Source of the DNA: an uncultured bacterium
GTDB taxonomy: Bacteria; Auribacterota; Erginobacteria; Erginobacterales; Erginobacteraceae
Assembly: GCA_964587835.1 (NCBI GenBank)
Contig: CAZPMN010000001.1
Coordinates: forward strand, 22,232 to 86,231
Direction of reading: 5' to 3'
Length of the DNA: 64,000 nt
The notes under the pieces are model-generated. The model ran no database searches. It was not told the origin of the DNA and worked only from the letters and a program-made list of their open reading frames with translations. Both the position numbers and the translations under genes were made by a program. Position 1 is the first letter of the stretch. Each line of letters begins with the position of its first letter. This document shows positions 10,159 to 19,446 of the stretch, piece by piece.

Positions 10159-10884
10159 ATGAGAAATATTCAAGCCGTTCGGGCCGCCGTTTTTCTGGCG
10201 TTGATGATCCTCCTGGGGTCCTGTGCCGACCGGCCCGCCGCCCGGCCGGAGGAAGATTGGACCGCGGCCCGGAAGCGGATGGTCGACCTGATTAAACGGC
10301 GGGGCATCAGGGACGAAGCGCTGCTCAAGGCGATGATGACCGTCCCCCGCCATCTCTTCATCCCCGAAGGCTACCGGGATACCTGCGACCCTTACGGTGA
10401 TCATCCCTGCCCGATCGGGTACGGACAGACGATCTCCCAGCCCTACATCGTGGCCTATATGACCGAGCGGATGGGGGTCAGGCCGGGGGAGAAGATCCTG
10501 GAGATCGGGACCGGTTCCGGTTACCAGGCCGCGATCCTGGCCGCCCTGGGGGCCGAAGTTTATTCGATCGAGATCGTTCCCGAGCTGGCCGCCCACGCCC
10601 GTCAGGTCCTGACCGCGCAAGGTTTTGACAATGTCCGGGTGCTGGCCGGAGACGGTTACCGCGGGTGGCCGGGGGATATCCTCTTTGACGCCGTGATCGT
10701 CACCGCCGCCCCGAATGAGATACCCGAGAGGCTGGTTGAACAGCTAAAGGACGGAGGGCGGATGATCCTCCCCCTCGGGGACCGGTTTCAGCGTCTGGTG
10801 ATCTGCCGCCAGCGGGGGAAGAAGGTCGAGGTCGAGGAGGACCTTCCGGTTCGCTTTGTTCCCATGGTTCACGGCCGGGAATAA
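10159..10884 (+). CDS. pcm: Protein-L-isoaspartate O-methyltransferase with lipoprotein-like signal
   Basis: VPRHLF, GQTISQPYIVA, LEIGTGSGYQAA, FVPMV; N-terminal LLGSC. Confidence 0.92.
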   Translation: MRNIQAVRAAVFLALMILLGSCADRPAARPEEDWTAARKRMVDLIKRRGIRDEALLKAMMTVPRHLFIPEGYRDTCDPYGDHPCPIGYGQTISQPYIVAYMTERMGVRPGEKILEIGTGSGYQAAILAALGAEVYSIEIVPELAAHARQVLTAQGFDNVRVLAGDGYRGWPGDILFDAVIVTAAPNEIPERLVEQLKDGGRMILPLGDRFQRLVICRQRGKKVEVEEDLPVRFVPMVHGRE

Positions 10885-10914
10885 CCCATCCCCTTATCCG
10901 CAGGAGGGAGTCCG

Positions 10915-11292
10915 ATGAGTTTGAAGATCAGGATGAAGGAGAAGTCTCCCGGGGTCTTCCATCTTGCCCCGATCGGCTCGATCGATACCGCCACCGCCCC
11001 GATCCTGGAAGGGGAAGTCAGCCGGGCGCTGGCCGCTTCCGCCCGGTCGATCGTCCTGGAGATGGGGGGAGTGGAGTACATCAGCAGTATGGGGGTCAGG
11101 GCGGTGATCCGGGCCAGGAAGGAACTGGCCCGACGGGGAGGGCGGTTCGCGCTGGTCGATCTCCCCCCGCCGATCCAGCGGGTCTTCGATATCATCAACG
11201 CCTTGCCCCGGGAAGATATATTCAGCAGCGTCGAGGAAATGGACGCCTACCTGGCCTCGATGCAGAGACAGGTTCGCGAGGGTGGGGAGTAG
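10915..11292 (+). CDS. STAS-domain anti-sigma factor antagonist
   Basis: GSID..TAP, VEYISSMG, size and SD GGAGG. Confidence 0.85.
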   Translation: MSLKIRMKEKSPGVFHLAPIGSIDTATAPILEGEVSRALAASARSIVLEMGGVEYISSMGVRAVIRARKELARRGGRFALVDLPPPIQRVFDIINALPREDIFSSVEEMDAYLASMQRQVREGGE

Positions 11293-11324
11293 GCAGTGGC
11301 AAAATCAAAGCGTCATCGGGCAGA

Positions 11325-12734
11325 ATGATCGAAATCACCTTTCTCGGCGGGGCTCGCTCGGTAACCGGATCCCGATTCCTGGTCCGCGCCGGCGGGGGGA
11401 CATTGCTGGTCGACTGCGGTCTCTTCCAGGAACGGGAGCTTCGCTCCCGGAACTGGGAGGATTTCCCCTTCCCCCCCCGTCAGATCGACGCGGTTGTCCT
11501 CACCCACGCCCACCTCGATCACTGCGGTTACCTCCCGAAACTGGTCCGGGAGGGTTTTGCCGGGGATATTTACTGTACTCCCCCGACGGCGGAAGTGGTG
11601 AAGATCGCCCTGCTTGACTCGGCCAAGATTCACCAGGAAGACGCTGCCTACAAGAAACGCCGCCACCAGAAAGAAGGTCGGCAGGGTCCTTACCCGGAGG
11701 TTCCCCTTTACACGGTCGCCGACGCCGAGGCGGTCTTCCCCCACCTCGTCACCGTCCCCTACCGGAAGGAGGTGGCCGTCTCTCCCCGGGTGAAGCTGAC
11801 CTTCCGAGATGCCGGTCATATCATCGGTTCCGCCCTGGCCGAACTGAAGATCAAAGACGAGGGGGATCCCCAAAGCCTTCTCTTCAGCGGGGATCTGGGC
11901 CGGAAACAGAACCCTCTGCTGGCCAGCCCCGAACCGGTGGAGGAGACTGATTTTCTCTTTCTGGAGTCAACTTACGGGGACCGGCTCCATGAGAGCGCCC
12001 CGGCCGCCCTCGACAAGCTCCGTTCCGTAATTGTGGAGACGGCCGAGCGCGGAGGAAAGGTGGTCATCCCCACCTTCGCCATCGAGCGGGCCCAGGAACT
12101 GCTTTATTTTATCAAGCAGCTTCTGGAGGCGGGAGATATCCCCGCCCTCGACTGTTTTATCGACAGTCCGATGGCGATCGATATCACCGGGATCTACAAC
12201 TCGTTCCCCGACTACCTCAACGGAGATAGCCGGAACCAGTTCTCCGGCGGAGGGTCACCGTTCTCCTTCCCGCTGTTAAATATGACCCGGGAGACGAAGG
12301 ATTCGATCGCCATCAACAGCCACCAGGGCCCGGCGATCATTATGGCGGGGTCGGGGATGTGTACCGGCGGCAGGATCAAGCATCACCTGGTCCAGCAGAT
12401 CTCCCGACCCGAGACGACCATCCTCTTCGTCGGCTACCAGGCACGGGGGACGCTGGGCCGGATCCTCCTGGAGCGACCGCAAAAGGTCCGGATCCTCGGA
12501 CAGGACCGCCTGATCCGGGCCCGGATCGAGCAGATCAACGGCTTTTCCGCCCACGCCGACCGCGACGAAATCGTCAACTGGCTGGGCCGGATAACCCGCG
12601 CTCCAAAACGAGTCTTCGTCGTCCACGGGGAGGAGAAATCCTCCCTGGCCCTGGCCGAAACCATCCAAAACCGTTTCGACTGGGAGACCGTCGTCCCCGC
12701 CTACCAGGAGATCCATATTTTACAGAACAGGTAA
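11325..12734 (+). CDS. MBL-fold beta-CASP ribonuclease
   Basis: DCGLFQ, THAHLDH, AGHIIGS, ESTYGDR, GFSAHAD. Confidence 0.9.
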   Translation: MIEITFLGGARSVTGSRFLVRAGGGTLLVDCGLFQERELRSRNWEDFPFPPRQIDAVVLTHAHLDHCGYLPKLVREGFAGDIYCTPPTAEVVKIALLDSAKIHQEDAAYKKRRHQKEGRQGPYPEVPLYTVADAEAVFPHLVTVPYRKEVAVSPRVKLTFRDAGHIIGSALAELKIKDEGDPQSLLFSGDLGRKQNPLLASPEPVEETDFLFLESTYGDRLHESAPAALDKLRSVIVETAERGGKVVIPTFAIERAQELLYFIKQLLEAGDIPALDCFIDSPMAIDITGIYNSFPDYLNGDSRNQFSGGGSPFSFPLLNMTRETKDSIAINSHQGPAIIMAGSGMCTGGRIKHHLVQQISRPETTILFVGYQARGTLGRILLERPQKVRILGQDRLIRARIEQINGFSAHADRDEIVNWLGRITRAPKRVFVVHGEEKSSLALAETIQNRFDWETVVPAYQEIHILQNR

Positions 12735-12752
12735 TACCTGTTCTGTAAAATA
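12716..12752. repeat. 37-bp perfect palindrome (18-bp arms, 1-nt centre)
   Basis: TATTTTACAGAACAGGTA-A-TACCTGTTCTGTAAAATA. Confidence 0.95.
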
Positions 12753-12770
12753 AGAGCCCGCGCTGCGATC

Positions 12771-13412
12771 ATGGCCGGTCGGGTCGAGATAATCTTAGCC
12801 TCGCGTTCGCCGCGCCGGCAGGCGCTGCTGCGGGCCGCCGGTGTGCCCTTTCTCGCCCGCCCGCTGGCGGTGGCCGAGGTGGAGTATCCCGGTCTCCCCG
12901 TCCGGACCGCCACCGTCAACTCGGAGATGAAGGCGGCCGCGGCCCGGCGGATCTTTCCGGAGCCGGTGATCCTGGGGGCCGACACGGTGGTCTACCTCGA
13001 CCGGATTCTGGGCAAGCCTCCCGACGCCGCCGCGGCCCGGTGGATGCTCACCCATCTCTCCGGCCGGACCCACACCGTTCACACCGCGGTCACCGTCATC
13101 GCCCCCGCCCGTTCCTGGAGCGAGACCCGGGTCGCGGTTTCCCGGGTGACGATGAAGGAGTTTGGTCCAGAGCAGATCGAGGAGTACTTAAGCCGGGTCG
13201 ACCCGCTGGACAAGGCCGGGGGCTATGCCATCCAGGAAGAGGGGGATCTGCTGATCCGCGGGATCGAGGGGTCCCTGACCAATATCATCGGTTTGCCCCT
13301 GAAAATGCTGGCGGAGATGGTCGAGGGCGTTCCGGCAATTCGAGACCTGGCCCGGAGTCTGAGAGTGGCGGCCGAAAGCTACCGGCTCGACTGGCTTGCC
13401 CCGACCGGATAG
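12771..13412 (+). CDS. maf: Maf/YhdE nucleoside-triphosphate pyrophosphatase
   Basis: ILASRSPRR, GADTVV, DKAGGYAIQ, GLP. Confidence 0.9.
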   Translation: MAGRVEIILASRSPRRQALLRAAGVPFLARPLAVAEVEYPGLPVRTATVNSEMKAAAARRIFPEPVILGADTVVYLDRILGKPPDAAAARWMLTHLSGRTHTVHTAVTVIAPARSWSETRVAVSRVTMKEFGPEQIEEYLSRVDPLDKAGGYAIQEEGDLLIRGIEGSLTNIIGLPLKMLAEMVEGVPAIRDLARSLRVAAESYRLDWLAPTG

Positions 13413-13435
13413 GACCGTTCGGGCCTTCAGTCCGG

Positions 13436-14752
13436 TCAACGGGAGAAGGAAATCGGCTGCCCGGTGGAGGAGAGAACCTCCCGCCAGAGTTCGCCCTCGG
13501 GATCGACGTGTTTCCGCCGCGAGATGGTCAGGGGGAGGGGAACGTGGGTGAAGTAGCTGTGCCAGTGGCCGATCAGGAGGTTGGTCTTCCCCGCCATCCC
13601 GGCGTCCACCGCCCGCCGCCCGAGGGCGGCGGCGAACATCGAGTCATTGGCGTTGGCGGGGACCGACCTGATCATATAGCTGGGGTCGATATACTTGAGG
13701 TCGATGGGGATGTTCTTCTCCTGGAAATATTCGATGATCTTGTTCTTGAGAAAGAAACCGATATCCCCTAAACGAAGGTTCCCGGACGCGTCGTAGGTGG
13801 CGGCTTCCTCCTGGTGCTTCATCAGGTCCTGGCCGGCCCCTTCGGCTACCACGATCACCGCGTGATGGCGCCGGTTCAGCCTTTCCTCGAGGAGATTGAA
13901 GAGACCCTTCTCCCCTTCCAGGGTGAAGGGGATCTCCGGGATCAGGCAGAAGTTGGCGTCGTTGGCGGCCAGGGCGGTGAAGCCGGCGATGAACCCCGAC
14001 TGCCGGCCCATCAGCTTGACCAGCCCGACCGCGTTGTAGGCGCTGACGGCCTCGAAGTGGGCGGCGCGGACCGCCTCCCGGGCGATGGTGACGGCGGTGT
14101 CGATTCCGAAGGTCCGGTAGACAAAGCTGATGTCGTTGTCGATGGTTTTGGGGACCCCGACCACGGCGATCTTCAGTTCCCGGCGCCGGACGGCCTCACA
14201 GATGGCATGGTTGCCTTTCTGGGTGCCGTCACCGCCCAGGCTGAAGAGGAGGTTGATCCCGTGACGCTGCAGGGTGTCGACCATCAGTTCGGGATCGACC
14301 GCTCCCCGGGAGGTTCCCAGGGCGGAGCCACCCCGAAGATGGATGTCCTTCACGCCGTCGGGGGTGAGGATGAGCGGTTCCAGGCCGGCCTCGGGGTCGA
14401 GGCCTCTCTGGCCGAACCGGATTCCGAGAATCTTCTTTACCCCGTACTTGTAGTGGAGCTGCATTACGATCGCCCGGATGGCGTCGTTCAGGCCCGGGCA
14501 GAGCCCCCCGCAGGTCATGATCCCGGCGGTCACCTCCCCGGGTTGGAAGTAGATCAGTCGCCGGGGTCCGGCGCTCTCGAAAGCCAGACCCGCCGGCTCG
14601 GGTTCGGCGGCGGGATCGATGGAATAGGGGATGGTGGTGCGGTCGTCGATGAAATTGACGATCCCGTCCCCCCGGACGGTTGAGTACTGGATCGGCGAAG
14701 TTACCTTCGCCTCTCCCAGGCTATCGATGATAAAATCTTCCGGTTTCAGCAT
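13436..14752 (-). CDS. pfkA: ATP-dependent 6-phosphofructokinase (long, spirochaete/plant-like clade)
   Basis: TCGGLCPGLND, GGDGT, PKTIDND, MGRQSGFIA; SD AGGA before ATG 14752. Confidence 0.9.
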   Translation of the reverse strand: MLKPEDFIIDSLGEAKVTSPIQYSTVRGDGIVNFIDDRTTIPYSIDPAAEPEPAGLAFESAGPRRLIYFQPGEVTAGIMTCGGLCPGLNDAIRAIVMQLHYKYGVKKILGIRFGQRGLDPEAGLEPLILTPDGVKDIHLRGGSALGTSRGAVDPELMVDTLQRHGINLLFSLGGDGTQKGNHAICEAVRRRELKIAVVGVPKTIDNDISFVYRTFGIDTAVTIAREAVRAAHFEAVSAYNAVGLVKLMGRQSGFIAGFTALAANDANFCLIPEIPFTLEGEKGLFNLLEERLNRRHHAVIVVAEGAGQDLMKHQEEAATYDASGNLRLGDIGFFLKNKIIEYFQEKNIPIDLKYIDPSYMIRSVPANANDSMFAAALGRRAVDAGMAGKTNLLIGHWHSYFTHVPLPLTISRRKHVDPEGELWREVLSSTGQPISFSR

Positions 14753-14942
14753 GACCTGAGTCCTGAATGGCAACAGGGCCGCCGGGAAACGGCGGTCCGT
14801 CCGCCGCTCACCGGGGCGGTTCCGGGGGACGGGATAAATAGTACCGCAAGCGTCCGCCGCCGGTCGAGAAAATTCCCTCCCCGCAGAGAGAAGAGGGAAG
14901 GCGATAGGGAAGGGGATATGGTTTGGGTCCCGGCCCGGGAGG

Positions 14943-14951
14943 TGCTATAAT
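14943..14951 (+). promoter_or_regulatory. Extended -10 promoter
   Basis: TGCTATAAT upstream of the SD GGAGG of the DUF296 gene. Confidence 0.6.
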
Positions 14952-14989
14952 TTCAGGGCCAAGGTTAAGGATCAGTAAGGGAGGCGGAT

Positions 14990-15430
14990 ATGCAGACCAA
15001 GGGTAAGGTTATTTTACGGCGTCTGGCCCCGGGCGGAGATCTTTTAGAAGAGATCTCCGCTTTGGCCCGCCGGGAGGAAATAAAATGCGGAACCGTCACG
15101 GCGATCGGGGCGGTCCGCCGGGCCCGGATCGGTTACTACGACCAGAAGAGCCGGGTTTACCGGGAGCGGGAACTGGAGGATCCGAGGGAGATCTGCTCCT
15201 GCCTGGGCAATATTTCGCTCCGGGAGGGCGAGATCTTCGTCCACGCCCACGTGGTGCTGGCCGACCGGGAGGGGAAGACACTCGGAGGCCACCTCTGTCC
15301 GGGGACCGAGATCTTCGCCGCCGAGTGCCGGCTCGATGAACTCCTTCTCCGCCCGCCGGAACGCGTTTACGACGAAGAGACCGGACTTTCCCTCTGGCCC
15401 CTGCCGGAAGACGATGGAACTGAAAATTAA
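14990..15430 (+). CDS. PPC/DUF296 domain protein
   Basis: AIGAV, GNIS, HAHVVLAD, GGHL. Confidence 0.85.
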   Translation: MQTKGKVILRRLAPGGDLLEEISALARREEIKCGTVTAIGAVRRARIGYYDQKSRVYRERELEDPREICSCLGNISLREGEIFVHAHVVLADREGKTLGGHLCPGTEIFAAECRLDELLLRPPERVYDEETGLSLWPLPEDDGTEN

Positions 15431-15770
15431 GATCAACCTGGTCAACGAGCGGGATGAGAGCTTCATGGGCGAGGGGTTGGAGGAACTGCTCCGGAGGATA
15501 CAACGCACCGGGTCCATTCATCAGGCCGCCGGGGAGATGGAACTCTCCTACGCCAAGGCATTGAAGATCCTCAATCGCCTGGAAGAAAATCTGGGCGGCC
15601 CGGTTCTGGAGCGGAGCCGGGGAGGACGCGAGCGGGGGGGGGCGACCCTGACCGGCCTGGGGAGGCGGCTGATCCGGGAATACGGATTGCTCCGGGATCG
15701 AATCAGCGGTTACGGCCAGGACCGCTTCGGGGCTTTTCAGAGACACATCGCGGGCAGACGGAGCCAGTAG
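15414..15770 (+). CDS. ModE-like winged-helix regulator (HTH only)
   Basis: GSIHQAAGEMELSYAKA, GG...GGATLT; no MOP domain. Confidence 0.8.
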   Translation: MELKIKINLVNERDESFMGEGLEELLRRIQRTGSIHQAAGEMELSYAKALKILNRLEENLGGPVLERSRGGRERGGATLTGLGRRLIREYGLLRDRISGYGQDRFGAFQRHIAGRRSQ

Positions 15771-15830
15771 GATCCAAAAGCCCTTTCCGGCTCGGGGACC
15801 ACTCCTCCTGAGCCCCGCCCACCGTGGATT

Positions 15831-16757
15831 ATGGAAACGGATAGAGCGCGAGTGGATGGTCGTTGGCGGAGCTGGTTGCGGGTCTCTCGGGCCAATTTCC
15901 TTCCGGTCAGCCTTCTTCCCTTCTGCCTGGGGACCGCCTGGGCTTTCTCCCGCGGCTACCGCGATCCGCTCCTCTTTCTGGTCGGCCTGGCGGGGGCCGG
16001 GGTGGTTCACCTGGCCGCCAACCTTTTCAACGAGTACTGGGATTTCATCTACCGTGCCGACCGGTCCGCGCCGGACCGCTCTCCCCACTACGGCGGATCG
16101 GGGGCGATCCAGGAAGGCGCGGTATCACCCCGGTCGGTACTGACCGCGGCCTGGCTCTTGCTGGCCGTGGCCCTGGGTGCGGGAGCCGTCCTGGCGCTTC
16201 GGGAAGACAACATCCTGATCCTGGTTTTGGTCTGGGCCGGCGCGGCCATCGCTTGGGCCTATACCGCGCCGCCGCTCCGCCTGGTCTACCGAGGTTGGGG
16301 GGAGGCCGCCCTCTGGCTGTCCTTCGGTCCCCTCCTGACCGGCGGCGGATACCTCCTCCCGGCCGGCTCCCTTTCCGGGCCGGCCCTGCTCCTCTCCCTG
16401 GGGCCCGGGTTCGTCATCGCGGCCCTTTTAACGGCGAACGAATTCGGTGACGCCGCCGCCGACCACCGGGCCGGGAAGAGAAACCTGGTGGTCCGGGTGG
16501 GTCGCTCCCGCGCCCTGGTCCTGGTCAAGGTCTTTCTTTTGCTCGCCTATTCCGTTATCCCGGTCGGGCTGCTGACTGGGATCTTTCCCCCACTCTCCCT
16601 GCTGGTTTTCTGCAGTCTCCCCCTGGCCTGGGCGATGGCGGCGGCCCTCGAACGGGGACTCAGGGCCGCGGGGAGTTTCGCCGCCTCCAGCCGCCTGATG
16701 ATCCTGACCTATAACCTCTACCACCTCTTTCTAATCGCGGGGGTCATCCTCTCGTGA
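15831..16757 (+). CDS. menA: 1,4-dihydroxy-2-naphthoate polyprenyltransferase (UbiA family)
   Basis: NLFNEYWD and NEFGDAAAD..GKRNLVVR acidic motifs, YTAPPLRLVYRGWGE, many TMs. Confidence 0.8.
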   Translation: METDRARVDGRWRSWLRVSRANFLPVSLLPFCLGTAWAFSRGYRDPLLFLVGLAGAGVVHLAANLFNEYWDFIYRADRSAPDRSPHYGGSGAIQEGAVSPRSVLTAAWLLLAVALGAGAVLALREDNILILVLVWAGAAIAWAYTAPPLRLVYRGWGEAALWLSFGPLLTGGGYLLPAGSLSGPALLLSLGPGFVIAALLTANEFGDAAADHRAGKRNLVVRVGRSRALVLVKVFLLLAYSVIPVGLLTGIFPPLSLLVFCSLPLAWAMAAALERGLRAAGSFAASSRLMILTYNLYHLFLIAGVILS

Positions 16758-17707
16758 ACCGGGAACCGTCCCCTCAGGCAAAGTCGGCTTTCGACCGGGA
16801 ACTGGCCGCCGCCCTCAGCCCGCCCCATCCCTTCCTTGAATCATTTCGCCGTCAGACGCCGGTTGACGGTGGCAAGCGGCGCCGGGGGGAACTGATTCTG
16901 ATCCTGGGTCGCCTCTTCGCCGTGCCCGAGGCCCGCGCCGCCGCGGCCGCCGCCGCGGTGGAGGTGATCCATCTTGCCTCCTTGATTCACGACGATGTGG
17001 TCGACGGGGCCGTCCGGCGCCGGAGCCGCCCCACCCTGGAATCCCTCCAGGGAACCGGGCCCGCCCTGCTCTACGGTGATCTTCTCTTCAGCCGGGGGAT
17101 CGCGCTCGTCAACCGGCTCCGGGTCCCCGAGTTGACTGATCTCCTCCTCCAGACCGTCTCCGAGGTCTGCGCCGGCGAGATTCTGGAGACCCGGGAACGG
17201 GGAAGCTTCTCCTGGCCGGAAGAAACCTACCTTAAGATCATCGGGCTGAAGACCGCCTCCCTCTTCGATTACTGCGCCCGGGCCCCGGGGCTCCTGGCCG
17301 GGTTCTCTCTCCGGCGCCTGAATGTTTTGGGAAGTTTCGGCCGGAACCTCGGGCTGGCCTACCAGATTGTCGACGACTGTTTGGATTTCTCCCCCGGTCC
17401 CGACCGGCCGGATAAGATGCCCCTGGCCGATCTCCGTAACGGGGTGCCCAACCTCCCCCTCCTCTACGCGGCCCGCGATCTCCGGACGGGAAGAGAGCTG
17501 GGGGGATCCGATTTTTCCCCGCCGCGCCTGGAGCGTCTGGCGGCCCTGATCCGGGAGGGAGGGTTTGTCGACGCGGCCCGGGAGAAGGGTCGGGAATTCG
17601 AGCGCCAAGCCCGCCGGGAGGCGGAGGAGATCAGGAATTGGTTCCCGGCCGGTTCCTTCGCCCCTCTTGATGGGTACCTGAGAAGGTTGAACTCTCGGGG
17701 GGTTTGA
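16754..17707 (+). CDS. Long-chain polyprenyl diphosphate synthase
   Basis: LIHDDVVD and QIVDDCLD motifs, KTASLF; GTGA overlap with menA. Confidence 0.85.
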   Translation: MNREPSPQAKSAFDRELAAALSPPHPFLESFRRQTPVDGGKRRRGELILILGRLFAVPEARAAAAAAAVEVIHLASLIHDDVVDGAVRRRSRPTLESLQGTGPALLYGDLLFSRGIALVNRLRVPELTDLLLQTVSEVCAGEILETRERGSFSWPEETYLKIIGLKTASLFDYCARAPGLLAGFSLRRLNVLGSFGRNLGLAYQIVDDCLDFSPGPDRPDKMPLADLRNGVPNLPLLYAARDLRTGRELGGSDFSPPRLERLAALIREGGFVDAAREKGREFERQARREAEEIRNWFPAGSFAPLDGYLRRLNSRGV

Positions 17708-17742
17708 CTGGCCCAATCCCCTTCGGGGGAGTACTATCGTCC

Positions 17743-18909
17743 ATGATGAAGAAGAAACTGGTCATCGGCGGCGGCGGATTTGCCGGCGTGCGGCTGATCC
17801 GGTCCCTGGGGAGGGCGGGATCCCGTCTGGAGATCACCCTGGTTGATCCCCGCCCCGAGGCGGTCTTCTTACCCCTCCTCCCCGACGTGGTGGCGGGGAA
17901 GGTAAGCCTGGCAAGGCTGCTCTTTCCGCTGGAGGAGTTCTGCCGGAGGCGCGGTGTCGAGTTCGTCAACGCTTCGGCAGTCGGTCTCCCCGACCATCAT
18001 ACCCTCCTCCTCTCCGGGGGCCGCAGACTACCCTTTGACTTCCTGGTCCTGGCCTCCGGCGCCGCACCCGACTTCCACGGGAACCGGGCCGCCGGGGAGT
18101 TTGCCTTTACCCTGGCCGGAAAGGAAGACGCCTTGCGGCTTCGCCGTCGGCTGGGGGAGGTGACGGCCCGGGGATCCGGCCATACCTTCCTGGTGGTCGG
18201 CGGCGGTTATACCGGGGTGGAGACCGCGACCGCGGTGGTCTATGCCGGGCGTCGGGCCGCGTGCTCCGATTCTTCCCCCTTCCGGGTCCGGATCCTGGAG
18301 CTGGCCCCAAAGATTCTCGGCAATCTTCCGGAGGCGATCGCCGCCCCCGCCCGGCGGGAGGTCAGACGCCTGGGGATCGAGGTTTCGACTTCCGTCCGGA
18401 TCGGGGAGATCGGTCCCGGTCGGGTCGAGGTGGATGGGGAAGAGATCCGGGACTGTACCCTGATCTGGTCGGCGGGGATGAAGGCGGCCGACCTGGTCGG
18501 AAAGATGGAATTTCCCCGGGACGGGCAGGGGCGCCTGGAGGTGAAGGAGGATCTCACCCTGCCCGGTGCCGGAAATATCTTCGCCCTCGGCGACGCCGCC
18601 TGTTTCGTCTCCGGGGGGAGTCCGTTGCGGATGGCGGTTCAGTTCTCCTGGGCCCAGGGCGCGCTGACCGCCGCCAATATCCTCCGGCTTCTCAAGGACC
18701 GTCCCTGCCGTCCCTACCGTCCCCGCGATTACGGCTACCTGATCCCCTGCGCCTCGGGGAGAGCCTGGGGGCTCGTGCTCGGGGCCCGGGTATCCGGCCG
18801 CCTGGGCTCCTTGCTCCATTATCTGATCTGCGTCCTGCGGACTCTGAGCTGGAGGAACCGTCTCCTGCTGGCTTTGGAACTGGCGGGTCTGAAACGGACC
18901 CGGGATTGA
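17743..18909 (+). CDS. ndh: Type II NADH dehydrogenase-like FAD oxidoreductase
   Basis: GGGFAG and GGGYTGVE Rossmann motifs, IWSAG, FALGD. Confidence 0.75.
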   Translation: MMKKKLVIGGGGFAGVRLIRSLGRAGSRLEITLVDPRPEAVFLPLLPDVVAGKVSLARLLFPLEEFCRRRGVEFVNASAVGLPDHHTLLLSGGRRLPFDFLVLASGAAPDFHGNRAAGEFAFTLAGKEDALRLRRRLGEVTARGSGHTFLVVGGGYTGVETATAVVYAGRRAACSDSSPFRVRILELAPKILGNLPEAIAAPARREVRRLGIEVSTSVRIGEIGPGRVEVDGEEIRDCTLIWSAGMKAADLVGKMEFPRDGQGRLEVKEDLTLPGAGNIFALGDAACFVSGGSPLRMAVQFSWAQGALTAANILRLLKDRPCRPYRPRDYGYLIPCASGRAWGLVLGARVSGRLGSLLHYLICVLRTLSWRNRLLLALELAGLKRTRD

Positions 18910-18911
18910 CC

Positions 18912-18956
18912 GGTAGCACAGGCGGCTGGTGGCACAGGCGGCCCGCCTGTGCCACC
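18912..18956. repeat. Outlying REP: truncated copy plus perfect 29-bp palindrome
   Basis: GGTAGCACAGGCGGCT then GGTGGCACAGGCG-GCC-CGCCTGTGCCACC. Confidence 0.9.
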
Positions 18957-19044
18957 GATTGCAGGGGTTTATTGGGGATTTCAGATATGGGATCTGTAAG
19001 GAAACAGGCAATGGGAGTTCAACCGGTAAAGGAGGGAGGTTGTC

Positions 19045-19446
19045 ATGCTGAATAAAATATTCGGTCCGGCGGCGGCCTGGGGGCCGTTCTTTCTGCGGGT
19101 GGCGGTCGGGGTGATCTTCGTCGTCCACGGGGCCCAGAAGCTCTTTGGCGCCTTTGATGGTTCTGGGCTGGAGGGCTTCTCTCGGATGATCGCCGGCCTG
19201 GGCCTGCGACCGGCGATGGCCTGGGCTGCGGCGGTGGCCCTGATCGAGTTCGTCGGGGGGATCTTCCTGATCCTGGGGATGATGACTCGGCTGGCCGCCC
19301 TCCTGATCGCCGTGGTGATGGCGGTGGCGGTGATCTTCGTCCACCTTCCGCACGGTTTCTTCGACCTGGAGTTTCCCCTGGTCCTCTTCGCGGCCTCGCT
19401 CTGCCTTCTCCTGACCGGGGGCGGCCGGGCGATGCTGCGGGAATGA
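19045..19446 (+). CDS. DoxX family membrane protein
   Basis: LRVAVGVIFVVHGAQKLFG, EFVGG..LILG..TR. Confidence 0.9.
   Translation: MLNKIFGPAAAWGPFFLRVAVGVIFVVHGAQKLFGAFDGSGLEGFSRMIAGLGLRPAMAWAAAVALIEFVGGIFLILGMMTRLAALLIAVVMAVAVIFVHLPHGFFDLEFPLVLFAASLCLLLTGGGRAMLRE

Noticed and set aside
13436-14752. PPi-dependent PFK
   Set aside because: Has GGDG rather than GGDD
17743-18909. Sulfide:quinone oxidoreductase
   Set aside because: Second Rossmann motif is intact and no recognisable SQR catalytic Cys pattern; NDH-2 fits better
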